Positions 1 to 12,584 of a DNA stretch of 64,000 nt are shown here, one piece after another (within the stretch, counting starts at the first letter, position 1; the number at the start of each line of letters is the position of its first letter). Source of the stretch: Anthoceros angustus (taxonomy: Eukaryota > Plantae > Anthocerotophyta); the NCBI GenBank assembly GCA_010909165.1, contig MU008184.1, forward strand, positions 372,001-436,000, written 5' to 3'. The translations under genes were made by a program, and so were the position numbers. The notes under the pieces were generated by a model. The model was not told the origin of the DNA, did no database searches, and was given only the letters and a program-made list of their open reading frames with translations.

Positions 1-2137
1 TCGGAGAGCGTCGCTTCGTTCATTGCTGGAGGTAAAGCCGGCGCTCATCACCGATTCAAGTGGGGAACTACTTGTCGAATTCCGTCCGCTAAGGAGGCCG
101 CACGGCAAGCTGAACAGATCTACTGAACTCTGGGCTCTCATTGATTCCATTGAGAGACGGACCAGCGAACCCGTACCCATGTTGGAGTGGGAACGGAGCC
201 GCGAACCCGTCCCGATGTCGAAGTGGAAACGTGCAGAGTCGCCAGGAGCTCACCCAGAGATGGACTCAAGCTCCGATACTCCAAAGGAGACGAATGTAAC
301 ATACGATTCCATTAAGAAAGAGGTTGCGTACGAACTGCGGACATCTTTGGAGGAACAGGCCAGGATGCTGGAACAGCGAAGATTGAACAAGGAATCGAGG
401 AAGCCACTGGGATCAGGCGATGTGTCGTGTACAGATACCGAACAATGCTGTGATGACAAGATACCTGTGATCACATGTGGTACAATGCTTCGAAGCCAGG
501 ATCATTTCCATGGCGGCCTCGATGTTCTGGCCTGGAGAGAGCCGAAGGATCCAGCGGCTAGTGAGTTCTCCGTCTTCTTCTCTTATTAAGTGGACTTCGT
601 GGTGGGAGGACAGGACAATGTTGAACGATTTACTTTTTTCCGCGAATGAATGTTGGCGAAAGATTCAGTCGGTCCTCCTGGAAACTCTCAAGTCTTACTG
701 GGAAATGCATATTGTAAGAACTATGATCTTGATTCCTTAGACAACCGCAGATATTTTGAGGTTATTGAGTTGTTGTGATGCAGCTGTACACGCATGACAG
801 ATCGATCATATGTCCGTAAGGAAAAACCTTACTCCAGCCTTTAGGGGGAGCAGGGCCTGGGTCTCTGTGATTAGGGAGAGGAGGGATATTGGAGGGCTGG
901 CTTTGGGGTAGTATACATCTGTACATAGCTGAGGACGATGGATGGCTGAGGTCGTGCTTTGGGGTAGCTAGGTTCTTTGATCTTGGACCACCTTTGTAAA
1001 TATGCTCTTCCCTGCAATCCTGAGAAGTTTAGCACTAAGAAATAGCCTTACTCCAGTCTCTCTCGTTAAGCCATTAGGTGTGGCATACGTCCATCGACGT
1101 AGAGCCTGATATATTGATTGTTTGTTTGGCTGCCGACATAAACGTTGTACAAGTGTTTGTAAGTGCTCTGAAAGCGTGTGTGAGTTTGAATCGTTCTCCG
1201 GCATACGATACTGGAAGTGATCGATGGGCGGAGAGAATTCACGAACCGCACGCGCAAGGCACAGGGGCCGAGAGCATGTTTCATGGGTTATGTAGATATC
1301 TCAATTGAATAAGACGATTGAAGTCTGCCACGCATCTTCTCGAATAGTCAACCCTGTCCCATTTCCCCATCTAACCTATTTCACCTAGTCCCTAGCTGCC
1401 ACATTGTCCCCTCAGCCTTCCATCTGGTGTCGAGGGCAGGGCTCATCGGTTTGTCAGAATCAGTGACGTGCAACATCCAGAGCCCAGAATGAGATGGAGC
1501 TGGTCCTCTTGTAGAGTTCACTGCACAGCTTGGGCTGGATGATTCAATACTATTACAGTTTCCATCTATTCCAGAAGTTTTTCGTTTTCACGTATTCATA
1601 CTGTAGAATGTGCAACGTGTCCCACACTATCTCGCCTTCTTGTTGGCCAAGCTGTAGGCAAGTGCCAAATGACGGTGGAGCATCCCTCACTACCAACGCT
1701 GATAAGATGGAGCTGAGCAGCTGATGGACCTGTTAGAGCTGGAAACCTGTGAGTAACATATCACAGTCCACACCGGTCCAATTATTTGCCTGTAACGATC
1801 CGACTTCCATGACGAGCCAACAAACGGCTCTGAACACCAGCACAGAGTCTCCTTGGAGATGATCCAAGTTAAGAGGACATGGAGAACGCCGCAGATCTGG
1901 CCGTTATTACCATTACTCTGGCCTCCCTATAGTACAATGGGCAAGCGCAGCTAGTGGATCAAGCACGTTGTTCCACGCTGCAAATAATGATTCTGAAGTC
2001 TCTTTCAAAGCTGGGGGGAAAGAATACGGTGTAGCTTCAGCTGAATGGGAATACTCTCAGAAACCCGAACTCCACGAAAGCGCTACTTAGGACTCAAATC
2101 TACAAAATCTCCCAACCCTACTTGGATTCCCAAACGC

Positions 2138-4142
2138 TTATAAGAAGTAGTCAGGTGCAGGCTTTTTGGAAGGTACGCCCCTTGCCTCCTGAAAGTAACA
2201 ACGTTTCTCGTGTCAGCCAGTGCACTCGGAGATATGAAGAACAAGTTATCAGATAAAACACTAGTGCAATAACGGGCTGCAGATTCTAAATAATACCTGG
2301 GGGGCTGCTTCAAACACAGTGAACTTCTTGTTCAGATGCTCATCCAGCTCCAAAATGGCAGCCACATTCCCACACCTGTAGAGAAGGCAAGCTTTGTGCC
2401 TCAATTCAACAAGACAGGAAGTAAGCAAGACCCGTTGCACATAGCATGTACCTGTAGCAGTAGTTTGGAGCTGACCAGACCGTCACAAGCTGGTTATTGA
2501 ACATCCCCTTGTACCCCTCCATTACAAGCTGATGGGCTCGACATATCAACTCAATTTTATTTGTATGGTTGAACGCTGTGACAACGTTTCCACCAAACAA
2601 GTAGCCAGCCCCCCGAGGACTTAAACCCCACCCCTCAATTTCCTCAGGATCTGACCACAGAAGGTCACACATTGCTCCATCATGTGGCACTTCTTGTTTT
2701 CGGTCAATTGTCCTGATCTGCCAGAATTTAAACAAAAAAATACAGAGTCAATTATATGTGAAAAACAGAGGCCCACGTTTCCACAGGTGGCAAAACGGTA
2801 CCAAATGTGAACCAGCTAACCTGATCCAAGGTTGTGATGGACGGAGAAAGGCCACCATGTACACCAAAGATCTTAGACTCAATTAAGGCCGACAAGCTGA
2901 AAGCCAAAGCGGGTCAGATGCGTAGAGCGAGATACTGGTGCAGAACCAAAATGATTTAAAAAAAAGCCAGATAAAAAGGGAGATGAATAACTGTGCAAGT
3001 AGCTAGAACGGACCTCAGATAATCAAATATATCAGTGCAATATCGCCATACATTGACAGAACCATACTTCCTTAAGCATTCGTCATAAAATCCATACACC
3101 TGTTAAAGGTGGCGCAAACACAAGCAATGAACTTCGTCAGAAATCCAACCAGACTCATGAGATCAATCTATACAGATAACGGTCAGAAATGAAATCCTAG
3201 CAATCACCCCAAATGAAAGAACTTAGTGCCGGCACCTGAGTGATTTGACGGCTTTCATGATTCCCTCGGATCAGCGTTATCCGGTCTGGATACCTGACCT
3301 GAGGACATGAACCATGTCAACGTAACAGAAAGAGTGTGACAACATACCAAGACGATTCAACCAAGCACAGGCATACCTTCAAGGCAAGCAACAGTAAAAA
3401 CGTCTCCACGGAATAGAAACCCCGGTCGACAAAGTCACCTAAGAAGAGATAGTTTGTTTGTGGACAGTCGCCACCAACTTTAAAAAGCTCTACTAGATCA
3501 TAAAATTGTCCATGAATATCACCACAAATCTGCAGCATTAACAAGCCAGCTACCAATCAGATCAAAGAGAACAATCAACTGCAACATATTTAAGCTGGTG
3601 TTCAGGCAATCTAGGTGAAGACCAAAAATTGTCCTGACGCTGTTGTTAGATGCCTCCACGGCCCAAAACAAAGAAGAAATCGGTGCAGACAACTTCATGC
3701 TGCCGGTGCCATTCAGTATGGCCATATCAAAGCCCCTGCTCGCCGGTGTCTCTAAAAAAGCAATACGCTACTGCCAACTACACCTGATCCAAAGACCTGA
3801 TAAGCCCAGAACGATAGATACTGAATTGAAAATTTACTACCCGCCTGCACACCGCATCTCCGGAACGGGATTTCCGAAAATCGGAGGCTGCTGCAGACCA
3901 AAAACACAATGTCCAAGCATCCTAAAGCTACCGAAAGCCATCCAATCTGCCCGAAGGGCTGTAATTCGCAGTCGGCAACAGAGAATGGAAGCCATACTTA
4001 CTGTCACAGGGGCGTCAACTCTCTGCACATTGCTTTCCTCCACAAGAATCTCCATGGCCTTGAGGCACAGTGCTTTCACCTCCGATTCTTTCAGTGGCTC
4101 GCATCGTTTGAGCTGCTCTATCTGCCTATCTAGGTCTGACAT
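2138..4142 (-). CDS. PPX: Serine/threonine protein phosphatase PP4 (PP-X) catalytic subunit, 8 exons
   Basis: Spliced translation begins [26 protein letters not shown]. It contains GDIHG, GDFVDRG, RGNHE, HGGLSP and [11 protein letters not shown], and ends [16 protein letters not shown] (stop 2138-2140). Exons approx 4142-4002, 3529-3377, 3298-3236, 3099-3015, 2897-2821, 2718-2452, 2375-2298, 2188-2138, with GT-AG introns. Confidence 0.97.
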
Positions 4143-4869
4143 GGTGTGGCGTGCGCGGTTGCACCACACCGCTGGCCGCAACCCAGCCCTAATCAACAAA
4201 TAGACGAGGCTCCCCCCTGGAGGCCAGCATGGAGGCAGCTTTGTGGCAGGAACATGGAAGCTCGCGAATCAGCCGCACCTCTGGGCTTCCCGCCACTGAA
4301 CATGGGGAGGGGAAGATGATACGCAGATACGAAAGAGCAAATCCCAGGCCCAGTGCCACCCCGCACGCAGCTTATCTTGCAAGTCCAGCGCCGCTCATGA
4401 GCACGCGCCGCAGCCGTCCCTCCATCACATAATCCTGGCAGCCAGGAAGCTGCGCTCCACGAAACAGGAAGCCTCCCGCCCTCCCTTCCCAGAGCCTCAG
4501 GAATCCAAGCAACCTCCAGTGAGCAGCCAAGGCAGGAACTCGACTGATCACACCTCCAGGTGCTGCCTGGCAATGGCCGCAAGAGGAAGTGTGTGGCGGT
4601 CCACAGTCAGTACATGTGGCGTTCCCTCCTGGCTCTACTGTTTTGCAGCGTAAAGGCTGGATTGCATCAGGCCGCCATGGCCGCTCGCTCTGGTCGGTCC
4701 CTCTCCTCTCCACGCCGCTAATCTCGCCATCGTATTCGTCTGGTCACCGTATACGGTGTGGACGATATTTTCTGGAACCCTCTTTTCATCGCTCATGTGT
4801 GCGGGTACCTAAACGCTAACAGCCTCGGTTTCAAGAATCCCTTTCTCTGAGACACTTACAGATTGTTCT

Positions 4870-6900
4870 GCTACAAATCAGGCCCTTGTGTGGTTCCTGT
4901 GCTCTCTTGTATTGTTTCCCAAAAGAATCCTCTTACTAGACGTACTGCCTGTAAGAATCCACTGACTCCTCCTAGTGGCCCGAAATGGCGATGGTGAACA
5001 TATCCTAGCAAGTTTCCTATGTATTTCGCATACAGTCCGTAGATCCGTGCTTTCAAAAAACTGATGAGAGATGGAGCTCCGGTGTCTTCCTGCATAACCT
5101 ATAGGTAGAAAAATAGAATGTGGACAAGAAGCAGGATTCTGGGTCCAGTGGACATGCACAACCCACCACCAGGGACAGGACTGTTCTGATGGATCCACGT
5201 GGTCCAAGAATGTTGAGCCAGGAATATCCCCCTCGTAGCGAGTAGGGATGTCGAACAAAACGGGATTAGGATGCAGCTTTCTCTTCCACTTGAGTGAAGG
5301 TGGTCAGCCCCCCACTGCTGGGAGTCAAGACATGGAATTCATGGGAGTATACGTGGGTAGGTGTTCCCGGACATAGGAGCTCTCACGATGCATATGGGAT
5401 ACGGAAGACAACTATGTTGCTCCAGAAACGCCTACTAGTGTCGTAGACATACCCGCATTCACCCACAGAAACGGTGAGATGAATGTCACTGCCCTCGATG
5501 TTTGCCTTGTCCAGGACTAGTCTCCGATTCGAGACCTTTGTCCTGATGACTCTTGGGGGTGCCCATTTCAGAGGCTCTGCAGTAGAAGCTTCTTCATGTT
5601 CTTGGGCAGAAGAGACATCAGCTGCGAAGAGCGTCCATTTCCCGGGTCCAGTCTCCAGATCCCAAAGTCAGGCTGCAGGGTTTCAACCTGAGACAACTTC
5701 CCCCGACCAAGAAGAGCCCCATGCTGAGCATGATTGTAGGCAACCTCCAGTTCCTTACGGAGGTGCAGAGGGAGAGGCTCGGACTTCCCGGACCCTTCAG
5801 ACTCCTCCTCGGACTCGTCGGAGTCCTCGGGCCTGGGCTGCCGACGTCTGGGAGTCCTTGGCTTCCTCAGAAAGTACTCTGCAGCACAAAAGATTCCCAA
5901 GTTTCTCAACCAGACGAAAGGGTCTATCTTCCCGGTTCCCTGCCACAGTAACCCACGGTCTCGCCCTTGTCCGCCTTAAGCTTCAACACCCTCGCTACCG
6001 ATTTCTGGGCATAATACAGGAAATCTCCCCGAAATCCCACTCAGGCCGAGCGAGGGGGTAATCATCGTCAGGGTCATGCGCTTCGTAGGCCCCCTTGAGG
6101 TACGTGAGCTTCCAGGCACCCACAGCAGACTCAGCGCTGAATGCATGGATTGTGGTAACCCGCTCCTCAACCCAGTCGGGTCCACGCGCGGGCAGATGAG
6201 AGCCAACCTGAAGCTGAGGCCGCTGTGGCCCACCATCAGTTTCACAGTCCAACCCTTCCTGCTCCTTCTGTACTCTTTGGCATCAAAGACCAGGGATGGC
6301 AACTCTCTTTATGTTTCAGCGAGGAGATCAACCACGCAAAAGGTCACGCGTTTCCTCTCGTCATCCTCTGATTCTTCTCCTCCGTCTTGAGCCTCTCCTC
6401 CGTCTTCAGCCTTCCAGATGCACACCAATCTACCCGCACCACATGGTACGGAGGCGAGAAAAGCTGGAATTTCGGAGGAAGGAAGGACAAGGGCAGCTTG
6501 TGCTGCTGCAGCCCGCGGGGCTGGCAGAGGTAGGAAACGTCTGAGGGCCGGGGCTGGCAGCCGGGGGCCAGGCAACCCGGCTGGTACTCCATAACCCACA
6601 CAGGCGCAAGCTGTTGCATAGGGCGCCTGGAGGAAGCATCCGCCTTCTCAACTCTCAAGACATGGGCTAGAAAACGAGGCTGGGCTGTCACCGAGCAGTG
6701 CTTGCATAGCGGCTTCCTGTCCTGGTCGAACTTCGAGCTGTGTCCCAAAGTTTCATTTGTCTCCGACTCCATTCCACTCCCGTCCGAAGACCAGCGAAAG
6801 TTGCCCTCGTCTGAATCCGCCGAGTCTTCGTCTGAGTCCGAACCCTTCATTTTTACCCCAAAGTGGGAGACCATTCCTGTATGTAGTCCTCGTAGTGACC
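4870..6900 (-). pseudogene. Intronless, frameshifted gene resembling a divergent F-box-associated/kelch-like beta-propeller, copy A
   Basis: Fragments in several frames: acidic N-terminus, PLCKHC..FLAHVLR, VWVMEYQPG..YLCQPRGLQQHKLPLSFLPP, CVVDLLAET, FGIWRLDPGNG..LMSLLPKNM. Clearly paralogous to 9190-10560. The family assignment rests only on motif resemblance. Confidence 0.5.
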
Positions 6901-7859
6901 CATCTGGCTCGATGGCGCTCCACAGTCACAGCAGTCCCAGAATACTGATTGTTCACTAGTGCCTCATCAGGAGCGCTCCTGATTGTTCACAAGTGTTTCC
7001 GGGGAGCTCTGTGACAGCTTACACACCCTGATTAGCAGACTCAACACCGTTGCATAGATGCAATGGATATGCTTGTTGGGAGATGGGCCGCATCATCTAA
7101 TCGCAACGGGCACAACGGCCGCATCGGCAGGGATGCAATTTCGGGAGATGCAGCGCAATCAATGTCCTGGTCGGGAGATGGAGTGCAATCAATATGCTCG
7201 TGCGGAGATGGTAACGCACCAGTGCAGCTGCCCTTAAAAAACAATCTAGACCCAGGAAAACAATTTCGATCAGTTCTCGACTGTACTTGTGGGAGGCAGG
7301 CCCAGAGAAGAGAAGAGTCAGGATACGGATCAGGGCATGTGTGTGTATCTTCACCACTCTTCGCTGTGAGTAGACCGAGGCTGATATTTAGTCCAAGCGT
7401 GTATTGGATGGCTGGGATGGCATTAGCCATCAATGCTAGCAAAGATTTTTTCAGTCCCCCAGAGTGCAAGAGGCCACCCCTATGGTATGCCGTTTGGGAC
7501 ACTTCAAAAAGTCCGGCACATCTGTAGGCCCTGTTAGAAGCGGGGCTGAGAAACGCCTTCAAAGCTGGCCCTACACCTCTGTAAGCTGGGCCCATGGCAA
7601 GGTGGTAGGCTCTAGAAAATACATATGTGCTGGTGTGCTGGAACTTGCAGCCGCCAGTAGCTTAATGAGTATCTCATATTCCGTAATGTCAGGTTGGACA
7701 AAGTGTAAAGCATTGCCCTCATGCCTCCTGGCTGTTTTCCTTCTGCTCAGTGTATGTTCTTGATGGCTTGTCGGGCTGGCTGCCTGCCCCCTTGCTTCCG
7801 TTGTGACGACAGGAGACCCCAACACAATATGAGAGAAATTGTATGGCAGAAACTTCATA

Positions 7860-9147
7860 CAAGGCAGAAACTCGACTCATCACACCTCCAGGTGCTGCCT
7901 GGCAATGGCCGCAATAGCAAGAGCATGGCTATGACTGCTATGCAGCGTAAAGGCAATCTGGTCACCATATACGGTGTGGACGGTCTCATTTTCTGGAACC
8001 TCTTTTCATCGCTCAAGTGTCTGGAATCTGGCAGAGAAGTGCACGGTCGTGTATTGCAAAGTCGCATTTCCCTGCTGTGTAACTCGATTGTTGGCACCTG
8101 CCTGGTGCACATCTATGCAGAGTGCGGTGAACTGGAAAGATGCACGCCAGGTTTCTGACAGCATGGCCACAAAGAAAGTGGTGACATGGCATGCCCTGAT
8201 TGCTGAGTATGCAAAATGTGGTGAGCAGATGAAAGATGCACGCCAGGTTTTTGACAGCTTGGCTACAAAGAAGGTGGTGACATGGAATGCCCTGATAGCC
8301 GGGTATGCCGAGCAAGGGCCCGGACACGAGGCACTTGTTGTGTGTGCGCACATGGAGCAAGAAGGCCTCACTTGGCCAACCTTGTTAGTTTTGGTTGCCG
8401 TCTCAAGCCCTGTGGATGCACTGGTGCTTTGCAGAACGCAGGCAGCTGCACTCACAGATTGTCGAAAGAGGATTGCTGGATGACATAGTGGTGGGCACCT
8501 CCTGGTGGACATGTATGCAGAATCGGGTGAACTGGAAGATGCACGCCAGCTTTTTGACAGCATGAACACAAAGTATGTGGTGACATGGACCGCCCTTATA
8601 GCCGGGTATGCCGAGCACGGGCTCGGCCAAGAGGCGAAGTACTTGTTGGCAGGAGGGCTGATTTTGGCTAACCATGTTACTTCTAAAGGCTGTGCAAGCA
8701 CTGGTGCCTTACATCAGGGCAGGCGGCTGCACTCACAGACTGTCGAAAGAGGACTGCCGGATCGGATGCCATACTGGTGGTGGGCAGGTACCTGCCCGGT
8801 GGACATGTACGCAAAATGGGGTGACGTGGAAGGTGCACGCCAGATTTTTGGCAGCATGAACACAAAGGATGTGGTGACCTGGACCGCCCTGATATCCGTT
8901 TATGAACTGGAAGGTGCACGCCAGGTTTTTGACTAGCATGAACACAAAGGATGTGGTCACACCTGATATCTGTGTATGGTCACAAGGGACTAGATGTCAG
9001 TGGCCGGTATTCAGCCTGATGAGGCTACTTTTACTTGCCTTTCCATTAGCATGCAGTCATGAGGGACTGGTCCACGAGGGTTGCACTATGATTCCATGCC
9101 TGAACAGCATGACCTCAAACCTAATCCTCTGCATTGCAATTGCATGA
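7860..9147 (+). pseudogene. PLS-class pentatricopeptide repeat (PPR) gene remnant
   Basis: Repeated motifs LVDMYA.CG.LEDARQVFD.M..KDVVTWNALIAGYA.HG and LACSHEGLVHEG, broken by frameshifts and stops. No E/DYW domain is visible. A short remnant of the same 5' part lies at 4530-4800. Confidence 0.9.
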
Positions 9148-9189
9148 CCAAACGCTAACATCCTCAGCTTCAAGAATCCCATCCTTGGA

Positions 9190-10560
9190 GCCACTCACAG
9201 ATTGTTCCACTAAAAATTAGGTCCTTGTGTGGTTCCTGTTCTCCCTAGTATTCTCTCATTCAAGAATTCTCGTGCTAGACGTACTTTGCGAATGTGCTGA
9301 TTCCTGGTGGCCCGAAATGGCAACGGTGAAATATCATTCCTGGCGAGTTTCCCATGTATTTCGTATGCAGTCTAGTTTCGTTCTTTCAAAACACTGATGA
9401 GAGATGGAGCTGTGGTGTCTTCCTGCATAACCTATAGGGAGTAAAATAGAATGCGGACAAGGAGAAGGGTTCTGAGTTCAGCCAGGAGAAGGACTGTCTG
9501 ATGGATCCACGTGGTCTAAGAAATGCCGAGCCAGGAATATACCTCTCTACAAGTAAGGGTGTCAAACAAAACAGGATTAGGATGGGGCTTTTTCTTCCAA
9601 CTTGAGTGAAGGTTGACTAGCCAGCTCCCCACAGCTGGGAGTGAAGACATGCAATTCATTGGAGTATAGATGGCAAGGAATTCCCTGACACAGGACCTCC
9701 CACGATGCATCCAGTATGTGGAAGACAACTATGTTCCTCCACAAACGCTGACCATCGTAGTCATCCCTGCGGTCACCAACAGGAATGGTGAGATGCGTGT
9801 CTGTGCCCTCGACGATTGCCTTATCCACGAGTAGTACCCGATCCGAGACCTTTGTCTTGTTCTCCCGTGGCCCACCACCAGGGTCATTGTCCAATCCTTC
9901 CGGCTCCTTTTATACTCTTCGAACACGGATTCTATGGCAACTCTCTCCATGTTTGAGCCAGGAGATCAAGCACGCCAAAGCACACACGTTGTCCATCAAA
10001 CTCAAGGGAGCTGAATTCGTGATAGTCTCGTTCGTCTTCAGTCATCCAGATGCACACCATTCGCTCCTGCACCACATAGTCCGCAGGAGAGAAGCCCTGG
10101 AACTGGGGAGGAAGAAAGGACACGGGGAGCCCGAGCTGCTGGAGCCCGTGGGGCTGGCAGAGGTAGGCTACATCCGAAAGCCGGAGCTGGTAGCCGCGGG
10201 CCAGACGCCCCGGCTGGTACTCCACAACCCACAAACCGTCAGGTGAAATTGCTTGGTGAGAGGGCGGCTCGAGGAAGCACCCGCGTCCGACTCACGGCCT
10301 CTTAAGACATGGGCTAGGAAATGCGGCTGGGTTGCCGCCGAGCAGCGATTGCACTGCGGCTTCTCATTTTTGTAGAACCTCCAGCTGGGCCCCAGACATT
10401 CATAAAAATCCTCCCACTTTATCTCGCTGTTGTCCGACTCCCAGGCAAAGCTGTAGTCATAAATGGCCTGGCCGGAAGAAATGGAGCCCTCCCTGTCTTC
10501 CGCAAACCTCTCCAATTCGCTGGAAGTGAAGTACGGCAACCATGGCTGGCAATCCTCGAA
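9190..10560 (-). pseudogene. Divergent kelch-like/F-box-associated gene, copy B (internally deleted, frameshifted)
   Basis: WVVEYQPG..YLCQPHGLQQLGLPVSFLPP and FGVLDLLAQTWRELP. Colinear with copy A but lacks the equivalent of ~5560-6220. Confidence 0.5.
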
Positions 10561-11041
10561 GAATCCTATCTAGCTCGCTGGCGCTCCGCAAGGATGCCCC
10601 AGCGTACTGATGGTGCACCAGTGTTTCCGGTTCGCTCCTGATTGTTACAAGTGTTTCCAGAGAGCCCTGTAACGGCTTACAAACCCTCAATAGCAGCCAG
10701 CATGTCGTTGCAACGGCATGGCTGCAATCATGGAGATGGAGCGCAACGACGGATGGAAGTACATAGTCGGCTGCTAGACATGTACTCTGACCACTGCTCT
10801 CAGATTCACATGTCGTAACTTCTGCCCTAGAAACTCGTGTGCGTGCATACTCGACTTCTCAAATTCTAGCTAGTGGCTGGACGATGGGAAGGTCCATTTC
10901 TGTGACATGCTGGACAGCCAGGAGGTTGCACCAGTCTTCGCCCTTCGGCCTGTTCTGTGACATGCTGGACAGCCTCAGATCAGTGGCCACCAGCCGAATT
11001 AAGTGACCACGATAGAACAAACGCATTTATTTTAAGGTCCA

Positions 11042-11114
11042 GAGCCTGTAGCTCAGTGGATAAAGCGTCTGCTTCCTAACCAGGAAGTCGCAGGTTCGGT
11101 CCCTGCCTCGCGCC
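11042..11114 (+). tRNA. tRNA-Arg(CCT)-derived gene, probably a pseudogene
   Basis: GAGCCTGTAGCTCAGTGGATAAAGCGTCTGCTTCCTAACCAGGAAGTCGCAGGTTCGGTCCCTGCCTCGCGC closely resembles plant cytosolic tRNA-Arg(CCT). It has extra mismatches in the acceptor and anticodon stems and an altered B-box (GTTCGG). Confidence 0.8.
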
Positions 11115-12584
11115 CATAGCCGCGGCGCTCAGTCAGGGCAGGCAGGGGTTACAGTTGCAGGTGCACCCCTGATTGTGCAGGCTCGGCCTCCACCTCCGCG
11201 ATGAGGACAAGGAGCGCCGGCCTACCAGTTGCAGTTGCGTTGCTGCCGCCACCGCCCATTCCTATCGCACTGGGAGCGAGCTCGGCGGGGGAAAACCCAG
11301 CGTGAAAGCAATGCAGGATGCGGGGGTGCAAACGAGTGGTAGGCCGACACTTTCCGCACCTCACCTAACGTGAACAGAGGTTAACTCTAGCCAGATAGTT
11401 TGGATAGGGTCGCATTTTACCCCGACCTCGCGCAGAGGTGGCGATCAATCTATTCTCTCAATGCCGAATAGCAATACGTACTGGTGGTTGGGTTTATAAT
11501 AAATCACTGGCACCTCAAGCTTCCAACATGGGTTATATTGTTCACACACACACTTCCTCTCCAAAGTTGTCATGCTCGCGATCCAATTAATGTGCTTGTT
11601 CCACGGAGTGGCCGCCAGCGCCTGAGTAGGTTCAGATCCTTCGTGCTACATGTATCCCGCCTCAACCATCGTACACTCCCGACCGTCCTGCATGACAGAG
11701 TCCGTGGGCACAAACACAAGCAACAATCATTTGCTTTGCGTCCTCAGCCCCGCCAACAACAGGATCCAAGGAACCTTTTGCAGCCACAACCGACCGTCCT
11801 GCCTCCTGGTTCCCCTTGTCACCAGCTCCAGGCCTCCTTCCAGGCCTCTTTTGCTTCCAGTCGGGGCTCTATAGTCTATACATGCGGATGAAGGGCAGTA
11901 GTGTGAGTGGTTGCTGCTAAGGAATGTTGGGGCATCTTCTTCTTGGCTAGGAGCACACACGGGACGGATTCACTGACACGCATCTGGGATGTGCAAGGCA
12001 GGTTGGTTGCTCCATGATGGTTGCTCCCCAGTGGTGCCCTCCATGACAACTTTGTCAAGGAGCAGTGTGCAATAGCAGTATCCAGGGCTCAGGCTGTCGC
12101 TCCAAGTGGGGCGACAGCAGATGCCAGGAGTAAAATGGGTCACACCCAGAGGACCCCATCCATGCTTGCGGGCTTCCGGCAATTGCACGCGGTCGCACAG
12201 TCTGATGAACTTCGCAAGGGTGTCTTTCAGGAAGCCAAGCCCCCAGCAGCGAGGGTTTTTTTTGTCACCCTCGCTGCCTTCGCTGAATCTCGGATCATCA
12301 CGGGGCTTTATTCCAGGATCTGCCGTTTTGTTTGGCCCGCATGAAAAATAAAAGGTATCCTATCCGTGCCCCCAAGGAAAGGAATCCGTGTCCTGGGATC
12401 CTGCAATGTGGCACCCGTTCCGTGCCAAGTCTCCACAGCAAGTGAGCAGCCCGTTTCTCCCAACCTCGTCGCCAAGCACTCATCGTCTTGTGAAGCAACA
12501 CGGTTGGGGCCTCGGGGGAGCTGTGACAGGAATGGTGTGGTAGCAAATCGCGCTTGGCAGGCGTCCACCGGCCTGGGCCCCAAC

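Noticed and set aside
7041-7858. 184-aa and 95-aa minus-strand ORFs between the duplicated units
   Set aside because: No recognisable domain, and they are absent from the second unit.
11400-12340. Possible further decayed minus-strand gene before Z-ISO
   Set aside because: Only short broken frames; no motif could be supported.
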